Shown in pieces: positions 18,634 through 27,043 of a stretch of 64,000 nucleotides of DNA. Where the stretch lies: positions 56,103 to 120,102 of the forward strand of contig JAFTPJ010000003.1 in the NCBI GenBank assembly GCA_017463405.1, given 5' to 3'. Every line of letters begins with the position of its first letter. Position 1 is the first letter of the stretch. The position numbers were made by a program, and so were the translations under genes. A model generated the notes under the pieces. That model had not been told where the DNA came from and made no database searches. It saw only the letters and a program-made list of their open reading frames with translations. The DNA is from Clostridia bacterium. GTDB lineage: Bacteria > Bacillota > Clostridia > Oscillospirales > CAG-272.

Positions 18634-18948
18634 GTGAAAATTTACGATTACAATGGAAAAAAGAACATTTGTGGTGACAGAGTTCATGAGGCAAGGTGTC
18701 GTTATCGACTGACGCAGAGTGATCTGGCGGCACAGCCACAGATTGCGGGGATTATTATGGAGCGGGACAGCGTTTCGCACATTGAGATCGGTACGCGGTT
18801 TGTTGCCGATTATGAATTGCGTGAGCTTGCAAGAATATTGAAAGTGTCGGTTGGTTGGCTTTTGGGATTGGAAAATGATGGAGGTGGAGGATTATTGACC
18901 TTTCCTTGCAGAATTATACCTTTACTTTTTATTGAAAATATGGTATGA
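18634..18948 (+). CDS. XRE-family HTH transcriptional regulator
   Basis: GTG start with a GGAGG RBS. ICGDRVHEARCRYRLTQSDLAAQ...SHIEIGTRFVADYELRELARILKVSVGWLLG is a Cro/C1-type HTH. Confidence 0.7.
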   Translation: MKIYDYNGKKNICGDRVHEARCRYRLTQSDLAAQPQIAGIIMERDSVSHIEIGTRFVADYELRELARILKVSVGWLLGLENDGGGGLLTFPCRIIPLLFIENMV

Positions 18949-18988
18949 TGATGTCAGAAGAATTTATCCGGTTTCGAAGGAGATTACA

Positions 18989-19936
18989 ATGTATCAAAAT
19001 AAAAGATTTTTGTTGATTGCGGGCGGAGGGACGCTCGGAAGCTACGTGTCCGAGGAGCTGCTTTCCCACGGTGCGTACGTGGACGTGATTTGTCTGGAGG
19101 ACAACGTATCGGAGAACGAGCACCTGAACTATTACAAGGGTTATGCGACAGAGGACCTGTTGGGCTCACTGTTTGCGAAGGGAGGCTACGACGGTATCGT
19201 CAATTTTATCCACTACAAGCGAGTGGAGGACTATCGTGCGATGTACGAGCTGTTGATCGCGAATACCGATCATTTGATCTTTCTTTCGTCCTACCGTGTC
19301 TATGCGGACGCACAGCATCCCGTTACGGAGAATGCGCCGCGCCTTTTGGACGTGACCGAGGACAAGGAATTTTTGGAGGTGGAGGACTACGCACTTCCCA
19401 AGGCGCGTTGCGAGGACTTTTTGCGTACGGAGCACGCGGGGGAGCCTTGGACGATCGTGCGCCCTGTGATCTCGTTTTCCTGCCGTCGGTTTGATCTTTA
19501 CACCTACTCGGACAACGATATCTGGGAGATGGTTGCGACGGGAGGCACACTGAAGCTTCCGAGAGATGCCAAGGAGCTGGTCGCCGGTCTTGACTGGGCA
19601 GGTAACTCGGGCAAGCTGATCGCCAATCTGTTCCTCAATCCCGAGACCTTTGGTGAGGCGTACACGATTTCGACAGCACAGAATTTGACGTGGGGCGATG
19701 TTGCGGCACTTTATCGGGAGCAGTTCGGTCTTTCGGTGGAATGGTGTGACGAGGCGGAGTTTGTTGAGGCATATCCGTGCGTGGAGGGCATTAAGAAGTG
19801 GCTGTATCTGTATGACAGAAAATTCAGCCGCGATATGGACAACTCCAAGGTGCTGGCGGCGACGGGATTGACGGAGGCGGATTTCAAATCGATCGCAGAC
19901 GGTTTACGGATCGAGCTGGAGCTGAAAAAACAATAA
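18989..19936 (+). CDS. NAD-dependent epimerase/dehydratase-family (extended SDR) protein
   Basis: ORF track 18932..19936. I trimmed the start to ATG 18989 (MYQNKRFLLIAGGGTLGSYV), which has an AAGGAG RBS. A Rossmann GGGxxG lies at the N-terminus. Confidence 0.7.
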   Translation: MYQNKRFLLIAGGGTLGSYVSEELLSHGAYVDVICLEDNVSENEHLNYYKGYATEDLLGSLFAKGGYDGIVNFIHYKRVEDYRAMYELLIANTDHLIFLSSYRVYADAQHPVTENAPRLLDVTEDKEFLEVEDYALPKARCEDFLRTEHAGEPWTIVRPVISFSCRRFDLYTYSDNDIWEMVATGGTLKLPRDAKELVAGLDWAGNSGKLIANLFLNPETFGEAYTISTAQNLTWGDVAALYREQFGLSVEWCDEAEFVEAYPCVEGIKKWLYLYDRKFSRDMDNSKVLAATGLTEADFKSIADGLRIELELKKQ

Positions 19937-19939
19937 AAG

Positions 19940-19977
19940 GATGAGTCGATGCGAAAATGCATTCGGCTCATCTTTTT
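19940..19977 (+). terminator. Rho-independent terminator of the epimerase-family gene
   Basis: gatgagtcga (19940..19949) pairs with tcggctcatc (19963..19972), a 10-bp stem with one G-U pair, followed by TTTTT. Confidence 0.7.
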
Positions 19978-20005
19978 GGTATGCTGTTGTTTTACAGAGT
20001 TTTGA

Positions 20006-20831
20006 TGGCGAGATGCCCATGAGGCGCTGATACGCGTGAAATATCGCAAGCATATGAAGTTGGCGCTGATGTATGAAATCGGTCCGCGTTGGAGCAGCAG
20101 CGATTCTCTCAATTTGTTGGAGAATCCGATGCTCTACTGGATGGATACCTATTTTATGTTAGAGAATTATCTGGTGATCGACAACAAGCCGGTCCTTTGT
20201 TGTTCAATCCCAAGCGTATGGCGGTGGAATGTTTTGACAGTATGATTTTTACAACGTGCGAGTACGATACGGAAAAGCACGCGTATTACGTGGACAACGG
20301 CTTTGATTTTCGCTTTGGGTACGCCTCGGGCTATCGGGCAGAGGCGGATTTTGCCGTGACGGATGAGGAGATTAAAGGAGCAATGCGATCTTTATCGAAA
20401 GTAGCTGGAGACGGATCTGTATCGCTCCGTTCCCACTGCCTCCTGCTTCAGCGATCCTCCGTCGCGCTTTACCGAGCGATGGAACGCCTTGGGATACAAG
20501 TTCCGCGAATGGAGCAAAATCTGATATTTCTCTCCCGATTGATATCGACGTGTGTTGGAAGAGATGAAGGCGATTTCAGACGCGATTCCCGACGGTGCGT
20601 GGGGCAAGCGGATGATTATGATCGAAAACCGGAACGAGTGGATGAGAGACATTTCGTTGCCCCGGTCATCGGTTCGGCTTCAAGTATCTGCAGGCGATCT
20701 GCGAGGCGTTGATCGATTGGGACAATCTGCCCGATTACCACACGCCGCAGAATCAGGGCTTTACGGAGTATAATACCTCGTGGGGGACGTCCGATTTTGC
20801 ACGGATGTGTAAGAAACGGTTGAAGAAATAA
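20006..20831 (+). pseudogene. Decayed 3' fragment of a glycan-enzyme gene (WbsX/GH99-like 'NEW.EG' family), with multiple frameshifts
   Basis: The coding signal hops between all three frames. The pieces are ...HMKLALMYEIG...YWMDTYFMLENYLVIDNKPVL; then FNPKRMAVECFDSM...YYVDNGFDFRFGYASGYRAEADFAVTDEEIKGAM; then LEEMKAISDAIPDGAWGKRMIMIENRNEW; then FGFKYLQAICEALIDWDNLPDYHTPQNQGFTEYNTSWGTSDFARMCKKRLKK*. There is no start codon or RBS. Confidence 0.6.
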
Positions 20832-20844
20832 AATAACTGGAAAA

Positions 20845-20887
20845 GGCAATATCAAACCGATTTTGCATCGGAATGATATTGCTTTTT
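20845..20887. terminator. Bidirectional terminator hairpin, member 'a' of the GGCAATATCA family
   Basis: aaaaGGCAATATCAaaCCGATtttgcATCGGaaTGATATTGCttttt, located between convergent gene ends. Confidence 0.65.
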
Positions 20888-20903
20888 GGGGGTTAAAATG
20901 CGG

Positions 20904-21641
20904 TTATGAGCGTGAGGCTTGGCGAAAGGCGGACGGTGAGAGAGCGGTGTGTTGCTTGAAGAAATTACTGAAATAGTATTCGTTTTCAAATCCACAGACG
21001 GCGGCGATCTCCTTGATTCGCAGATCGGTATCTGCGATCAGTGTTTTTGCCTTTTGCAGGCGGAGCGCAATGATATAATCGGAGGGAGTCATGCCGGTAA
21101 AGCCTTTGAAACGGCGCAAAAACTGCACGTAGGACAGCCCGCTCTCCTCCCCGATTCTTGCAAGATCCACGCCGTTGTGAAGGCTATGGCGGATCTTTCC
21201 GATGGCATCCTCAATGGGGGGGTCGATGCGTTGCATACTGCGGTTTTCCATTGCGTGCTGCAGGGCAAGATCGTCAAACAGATGACTGCGGTATTCAAAC
21301 TCATTTTCCAGCATCTCGGTGTCCAGACATTCCAGCATGGCAAAGGTGGTTGCAAGACGCGCGTGATCCTGAAAGATGACGTGGTCGGTGCCAAATACGT
21401 GGTCCTCGGATTTGTATCGGAACAGATACATGGTGACGGGAGTGATCACGCGGCGATGATACAATACGTTCTTGCGAAACAGCGCGCCTTCATTTTTTTG
21501 TATGATGGATTGGGCGCCCTCTGCATCCATATAAAAGCACCCCTCCTTAACGAGTGCAAAAATATCGTCCGAGTCGATGAAATCCTCCATGGTGAATTTT
21601 TCTCGTGTGACCTTTACGGCAATGGTGAGTTGTGCTTTCAT
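20904..21641 (-). CDS. AraC-family transcriptional regulator
   Basis: 245 aa. The C-terminal HTH is LSYVQFLRRFKGFTGMTPSDYIIALRLQKAKTLIADTDLRIKEIAAVCGFENEYYFSNFFKQHTALSPSAFR. GGAGG RBS. Confidence 0.85.
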   Translation of the reverse strand: MKAQLTIAVKVTREKFTMEDFIDSDDIFALVKEGCFYMDAEGAQSIIQKNEGALFRKNVLYHRRVITPVTMYLFRYKSEDHVFGTDHVIFQDHARLATTFAMLECLDTEMLENEFEYRSHLFDDLALQHAMENRSMQRIDPPIEDAIGKIRHSLHNGVDLARIGEESGLSYVQFLRRFKGFTGMTPSDYIIALRLQKAKTLIADTDLRIKEIAAVCGFENEYYFSNFFKQHTALSPSAFRQASRS

Positions 21642-21749
21642 GCCATCCTCCGATGATAAAATATTATATCTTTATTATAACAGAGCGTATTGAAAATGTC
21701 AATATCTCTGTGCTATAATGAGGATGCATAAAAAGCAACGGAGGAAAAC

Positions 21750-22628
21750 ATGGGATATATCAGTATATTGATTGCTCTGCTCGCAGGAACGACCAAAGGC
21801 TATATGGGAAAGCGGTTGAGTAATACCGTAACAACGCACAGGCAATCGGTGTTTGTGAACATGGTGCGGATGGTGATCTGTATCTTCATCAGCGCCGCAG
21901 TTTTTTTGATCGAGGTATGGGGCAACGGATTTTATATGGACGGTGCCGCGTGGGGATTCGGTGCGCTTGCGGGCGTTACGGTGTCTTTGTTTATGGTTAC
22001 GTGGCTTCTGGCGGTGCGGCGCGGTGCGTTCATGCTGATCAGTGTTTCGCAGATGTTCGGCGTTGTGGTGACGCTGATCTGTAGCTTTATCGTGTTCCGT
22101 GACCCCATCACGCCGTGGCAGCTGTTGGCGGTTGTGATTCTGACGGTCGCAGTGTTGATCATGGTGTCGTACAGTGTGGGGCTCAAGGGAAAGATCAGTG
22201 TCGGTTCGGTGATCCTTTTGATTGCTTGCGGTGTATCCAGCGGCTTGTACGACTTTTCACTCAAGCTGTTTACGCATTATTCCGAGGCGAGCATTTCCAT
22301 GCTGAATCTGATCTCGTATTTTGTGGCGGCGCTTGCTTTGATGATTGTATTTTTGTTGCCATCCGAGGGAGATCGGTTTGACGCAGGGAAAATGCTTCGC
22401 TCGACGCTGATCACGATCGTGATCATGTCGGTGTGCCTGTTTATCAATTCGTATTTCAAGGCGCTCGCCAATAACTATCTGTTGCCTGCGCAGGTCTACC
22501 CGATCTATCAGGCAGGTGGCTTGATTTTCAGCGCGGTCATGGCGGCGGTATTCTTTAAAGAAAAAATTACCGTGCGATGCGTGATCGGTATAGCGCTGGC
22601 GTTCGTTGCGATTTTGCTTTTGAAATGA
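21750..22628 (+). CDS. DMT-superfamily (EamA-like) permease, ~10 TM
   Basis: 292 aa, hydrophobic throughout, with two-fold internal symmetry of TM bundles. GGAGG RBS. It is the first gene of a three-gene string with GH42-like and GH20 genes (19- and 12-nt gaps). Confidence 0.65.
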   Translation: MGYISILIALLAGTTKGYMGKRLSNTVTTHRQSVFVNMVRMVICIFISAAVFLIEVWGNGFYMDGAAWGFGALAGVTVSLFMVTWLLAVRRGAFMLISVSQMFGVVVTLICSFIVFRDPITPWQLLAVVILTVAVLIMVSYSVGLKGKISVGSVILLIACGVSSGLYDFSLKLFTHYSEASISMLNLISYFVAALALMIVFLLPSEGDRFDAGKMLRSTLITIVIMSVCLFINSYFKALANNYLLPAQVYPIYQAGGLIFSAVMAAVFFKEKITVRCVIGIALAFVAILLLK

Positions 22629-22646
22629 CAAAAAGGAGATAGAAAA

Positions 22647-24521
22647 ATGTATCGCTTGAAAAACGGAATTCTTTATAAAAATGAGAAAAAGACGTTCGGG
22701 CTCGGAGAATCCTACTATCCTTCCTTCCATCCCTGCAAATTTCCGGTGCCGCCCGAGGGAGATCGGATCGGGGAAATGAAAAAGGATCTTGCCATGATGT
22801 CAAAGATCGGATTCAATCACGTGCGCTTTGCCGCTCTTGGTGAGGTGACGTTGGGAGAGGACGGTGCTCCCGTTGTCAATACCCCCTTCATCGACGCGAT
22901 GATAGAGGAGGCGGGGAAGAACGGAATTTCCGTTTCGGTGCGTGAGCAGGGATACGTGGTCAATCTGCGCGGCTTTGATGGGATCGAGATGGTGGATTGG
23001 AGTGGCGGAAGGCAGGAGACGGTGTGGTCGGATTTCATTCGCACAACGCTTCATCACGATGGGATTTTAGAGGACAACCGCACGCATGCGGCGGCGCTTT
23101 CGCGTCATTATGAGGCGTATCCTAACGTGGTGGCGGCGCAGATCTATAATGAGCCACATTACCCGGGAACGCAGATGTATGATTATCATGAGGAAACGGT
23201 CAAGGCGTACCGCAAGTGGCTGGTGGAGAAGGGAATCTTTACGGCAGAGGAGGCGGCGGATTATCAGCCGCCTCGCGGAAGACGGGAGCAGGGCGAGCAC
23301 AGGTGGGCGCTGTGGCGCATGTTTGCGCGGGACAGCCTGACTGATTTTTTGAACAATGCATCGGACGGCTCGAAGAAGGGCTCCGCGCTTCCAACCTACA
23401 CCTGCATGACCAACGATCAGCTTGCCAAGCGTGCGGCGTATCGCGGATGCGACATTTTTGCGAATGCAAAGGCGATGGATCTGGTTGGATATACTTGCTA
23501 TTATCACGGCAGGGGGATTGATTATTACCCCTTGTGTCTTTTTACGGATTTGGCGCAATGTGCCGCAGAGCTGGAGGGAAAGGAATCGTGGTGCATTGAG
23601 TTGGACAGCCGCACCTACATTCCGATTCCGTTGTACAACCGCACCACCTACACGGTGCTCGGCTCCGGTGCGAAGGGAATTGTGTATTACCAATGGCGTG
23701 GGGATTGCCCCGTGCCGGGTGTGCCGCATCCGAACAGCTGTGGCATTCTGAACTACGACGGTACGAAGACGCACAATTTTGACAATGCGGCGAACGTCAA
23801 CCGATACATCATGGAGATGAACGATTGGTTGATGGAGGCACACCGCGCGCACGATGGTGTGGGTTTGTTGCATTCCGATTATGCGATTTATCTGTGCGAT
23901 GCAAGAGAGAACGGCGAGCAACAGGCAAGAGGTGCAAATACGCGAAACTCCTATCTGCTGGAGCATACGGAGGTCCACAAGCAGTTGCGGCAGGCGGGCT
24001 ACAACGTTACCGTGACCGACGCCGATCATCTGGATGAAAATGCGTTTGGCATCAAGGTTTTGTACGTGCCGTATATCAATATGCTCGCTCCAGAGGAAAA
24101 GGCGGCGGTGGAGCGTTTCAGAGAAAAGGGCGGCGAGGTATATATGATCTCCTACCCCTGCTGGGATGGAGCGTGCATCGGTTATGCAAAATATGAAGGA
24201 AAGGTCGAGTCGCGCGAAGGGTTGACGCTCGACAGCATGTGCTCGGTGTACGACGTTGCCGATCTGACTGGTGTTTATCCGAAGGTGACGCCGTTGGATC
24301 CGTACCTTGGCGTACAGCTTCTTGAGAGTGACGGATATCATCTGATCGTTCTGACCAATATTTCGGTGGCGAGAGAGACAATCCGTGCGAGAATGCGCGT
24401 GGAACTTCCGTTTGAGTCGGTTCGCTTTTATGCGATGAACGGTGAGAAGCCGGTACAAATCAACGGAAATGAGCTGACGGTCGAGAATGTGACCGACGGC
24501 GGTATCATTATTTTGAAATAA
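22647..24521 (+). CDS. GH42/GH35-like (clan GH-A) beta-galactosidase-type glycoside hydrolase
   Basis: 624 aa with no signal peptide. GESYYPSFHP...MMSKIGFNHVRFAALGEVTLGEDG and AAQIYNEPHYPG (acid/base N-E-P) are present. AAGGAG RBS. Confidence 0.65.
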   Translation: MYRLKNGILYKNEKKTFGLGESYYPSFHPCKFPVPPEGDRIGEMKKDLAMMSKIGFNHVRFAALGEVTLGEDGAPVVNTPFIDAMIEEAGKNGISVSVREQGYVVNLRGFDGIEMVDWSGGRQETVWSDFIRTTLHHDGILEDNRTHAAALSRHYEAYPNVVAAQIYNEPHYPGTQMYDYHEETVKAYRKWLVEKGIFTAEEAADYQPPRGRREQGEHRWALWRMFARDSLTDFLNNASDGSKKGSALPTYTCMTNDQLAKRAAYRGCDIFANAKAMDLVGYTCYYHGRGIDYYPLCLFTDLAQCAAELEGKESWCIELDSRTYIPIPLYNRTTYTVLGSGAKGIVYYQWRGDCPVPGVPHPNSCGILNYDGTKTHNFDNAANVNRYIMEMNDWLMEAHRAHDGVGLLHSDYAIYLCDARENGEQQARGANTRNSYLLEHTEVHKQLRQAGYNVTVTDADHLDENAFGIKVLYVPYINMLAPEEKAAVERFREKGGEVYMISYPCWDGACIGYAKYEGKVESREGLTLDSMCSVYDVADLTGVYPKVTPLDPYLGVQLLESDGYHLIVLTNISVARETIRARMRVELPFESVRFYAMNGEKPVQINGNELTVENVTDGGIIILK

Positions 24522-24532
24522 CCGAGGCAGGC

Positions 24533-25723
24533 ATGGAAAATCAAAAATATATTGTTCCCGAGCGCATCTTTTTTCTGGACTGTGCGCGGAAATATTACAC
24601 ACCCGAGTGGATCAAAAAGATGATTCTTGTTGCGAAGGCGGCGGGCTTCAACGTATTCAGTATCCACTTTTCCGAGGATATGGGTCTGCGCCTGGAGTCC
24701 AAGCAATACCCGTGGCTGGCGGGAGGAGATCATTCGCTGTGTGTGTACGGTGCGACTATGGGACGCGCCGAGGATGACGATAAGTATATTACTCAAAAGG
24801 AAATGGCAGATATCGTTCGCTTTGCGCAAGGAGTGGGGATGGAGGTCATTCCGTCCTTTGATTCGCCCGGGCATATGAACTACGCGGTCAAAAAATATAA
24901 CGCATATTATGGAAGCAACATCTCCAACTATTTTCATAAGCACGGTAAGGTCGAGCTTGTGCACGGAACGAGTCGGTTGAAGGAGGAGGCACAGTTATCC
25001 TATTCGCGTGGTATTGATATTTCCAATTCCGAGGCGGTGGTGTTTGCTAAAAATCTGTATACCGAATACGGTCGGTTTTTCCGCGATCTCGGATGCACCA
25101 AATTCGACATTGGCGGCGACGAGCTGCTCGGCTTTGGCGATACGATCAATGAATCTCTTTCCAAGTGGCAGAATCTGGAGCATTGGGATGCGTATGCGCA
25201 AAGGGTGACGGGAAACTCGGACGCAGTTGCCTACGATGCGTTTATTCTGTATATGAACGAGATTTGCGCGTTGATGAAGTCCCTGGGATATGAGCGCGTG
25301 CGATTGTGGAATGATGACGTGTACCGTGATTTCGACACGGGATATACGGGTGTGACGCGGTTAGATCCGGATATTGACGTTCAATATTGGCTGGTGAATT
25401 CCAACGGCGGAAAAAACACGGTACACACCTATATTGACCGCGGACATAAGGTGTTGAATTTTATCAGCCTGTATACCTATTACGTTCTTGGAATGGGTGG
25501 GTATCACGGTGCAACGCCGGAAACGATCGCGAAAAACTGGAATGCGTATGTTTTCGATCCGTCCAATCCCGAAAACAATCCCGCGGCACCGAATCCGTAC
25601 GTGCTTGGCGGCGGTTATTGCCTCTGGTCGGATATGCCTGCGGCGGAGACTGAGGATGAGGTGATGGAGCACGTCAAGCCGTTTCTGACGGCTTGCGGAA
25701 AAGCATTGCGCGGAAAAACGTAA
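24533..25723 (+). CDS. GH20 beta-N-acetylhexosaminidase / lacto-N-biosidase-type hydrolase
   Basis: 396 aa with no signal peptide. FFLDCARKYYT, IHFSEDMG, SFDSPGHMN and the catalytic pair in FDIGGDE are present. Confidence 0.8.
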   Translation: MENQKYIVPERIFFLDCARKYYTPEWIKKMILVAKAAGFNVFSIHFSEDMGLRLESKQYPWLAGGDHSLCVYGATMGRAEDDDKYITQKEMADIVRFAQGVGMEVIPSFDSPGHMNYAVKKYNAYYGSNISNYFHKHGKVELVHGTSRLKEEAQLSYSRGIDISNSEAVVFAKNLYTEYGRFFRDLGCTKFDIGGDELLGFGDTINESLSKWQNLEHWDAYAQRVTGNSDAVAYDAFILYMNEICALMKSLGYERVRLWNDDVYRDFDTGYTGVTRLDPDIDVQYWLVNSNGGKNTVHTYIDRGHKVLNFISLYTYYVLGMGGYHGATPETIAKNWNAYVFDPSNPENNPAAPNPYVLGGGYCLWSDMPAAETEDEVMEHVKPFLTACGKALRGKT

Positions 25724-25728
25724 AACAG

Positions 25729-25768
25729 ACAGGCAATATCAAACTTGTGTGGGTTTGATATTGCCTGT
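25729..25768. terminator. Bidirectional terminator hairpin, member 'b' of the GGCAATATCA family
   Basis: ACAGGCAATATCAAAC-ttgtgtgg-GTTTGATATTGCCTGT, a perfect 16-bp stem, located between convergent gene ends. Confidence 0.7.
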
Positions 25769-25788
25769 CTTTATTGAAAGGGGACACG

Positions 25789-26609
25789 TTATATATATAG
25801 CTTGTTTTCTTTTCGGTATTCGGTTGGTGTAACTCCGTTTTTATGCTTGAACGCGCGGCAAAGCATTCCCATGCTTGAGTAGCCGCACGCTTCGGAAATC
25901 TCGGCGATCGAGCAGGAGCTGTTGACGAGAGCTCTTTGGCACGGTTTCATCGGAGGCTTTGAATATATTTTTGTGGGGATTTGGACAGGTAAGCGCGGAA
26001 GATCTTTCGCAGATAGATTTCGCTGATATGAAGCTCGGAGGCAAGATATGTATTGGAAAGCTCGGTATCGGAGATTTGCGATTCGAGCAGCATTAACGCC
26101 TTTTTTAAGACGGGCGGAACGCTGTTTTTTTCTTGTTCATCTATGATTGTTGCAATGATTTCATATAAGCAGGATTGCATCTTTGCATGTCTGCTGCTTT
26201 GATAGGAGCGGAACGCTTCCTCCGCCTTTTTGTGGAGCGCCAGAATTTTTTCGGGCTTGGATATTTCTATGATCCGGAACGTATCGAGCGGAATGTCTGT
26301 GTTGAGAAGAAAATTGATCAGTGTAATTTTCCCGGATTGTATGCATTCAAGGTCATAGTCTTGATTTTTCGGCAGGATAACGATATGGTTACTGTCGGAT
26401 ATAAACCGCCTGCCGTGATGCTTGTAAACGATTTTGCCGTCGATCGCCAAGGATATTCCGTACCAGGGTCAATTTTTCATATACATACGCTCACGGGCAG
26501 AGTGCTCGGAGGTGAGCACGTGTGTGATCTCCGTGATGCAAAAGGAGCTTGCGTTGATCGATTCCATGATGCAAAGCCTCGCGTTTCTTACAGATTGATT
26601 CGTTTGCAT
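25789..26609 (-). pseudogene. AraC-family regulator inactivated by two in-frame TGA codons and one frameshift
   Basis: The reverse strand reads M(QTNQ..)MESINASSFCITEITHVLTSEHSARERMYMKN-TGA(26471..26469)-PWYGISLAIDGKIVYKHHGRRF...KYIQSLR-TGA(25949..25947)-NRAKEL. A frame change near 25925..25935 then leads into LVNSSCSIAEISEACGYSSMGMLCRAFKHKNGVTPTEYRKENKLYI*. Confidence 0.75.
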
Positions 26610-26777
26610 TGATTATATCATTTTATGCGATCAATATCAAAGTTTTTTCAAAAATATGTATCGGAAATGCGCATTTCGGACAGTTGTGCGATTGAATGCA
26701 GAGGTGTCGTGTGGTATAATTGATTCGTAAAACCATCTGTAGCGAAACGACAGAAATGCTTGCGGAGGAAACCAGAA

Positions 26778-26988
26778 ATGAAAAAGGTTCTTATTTTGGG
26801 CGCGACGGGTGCGATGGATTGCGAGGCGACCATGTCCCGGGCGGGGGACGTTACGAGGATGCTGGCGGCGATCCTGTTTAATCCCACGGCGTTCGGAGCG
26901 GCTTGCCCGCATCGGATGCAACGAGGAGGTCAACCGCCGTATGGATGAGTATCTTGCGGCGATGGATAAGGCTGAAAATCGGAAATGA
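26778..26988 (+). pseudogene. Remnant of an NmrA/SDR-like NAD(P)-binding protein gene (internal deletion plus frameshift)
   Basis: GGAGG RBS + ATG gives MKKVLILGATGAM (Rossmann start). This is joined directly to a C-terminal-looking piece ...DVTRMLAAILFNPTAFG. A second frame gives ...EEVNRRMDEYLAAMDKAENRK*. The total is far too short for the family. Confidence 0.4.
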
Positions 26989-26995
26989 AATAATA

Positions 26996-27028
26996 GGCAA
27001 TATCAAACCGTTATGGAATGATATTGCC
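26996..27028. terminator. Bidirectional terminator hairpin, member 'c' of the GGCAATATCA family
   Basis: GGCAATATCAaaccgttatggaaTGATATTGCC, located between convergent gene ends. Confidence 0.6.
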
Positions 27029-27043
27029 TGCTTTTATATAAAA

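Noticed and set aside
23067-24602. A 511-aa antisense ORF across the GH42-like gene. Similar long antisense ORFs occur at 7427..8503, 49344..51020, 56781..57854, 58028..59134, 59116..60879 and 61616..63022.
   Set aside because: These are typical GC-rich shadow frames opposite genes with clear family motifs. Their translations are R/H/L/G-rich with no recognisable motifs. They overlap several confidently called genes at once.
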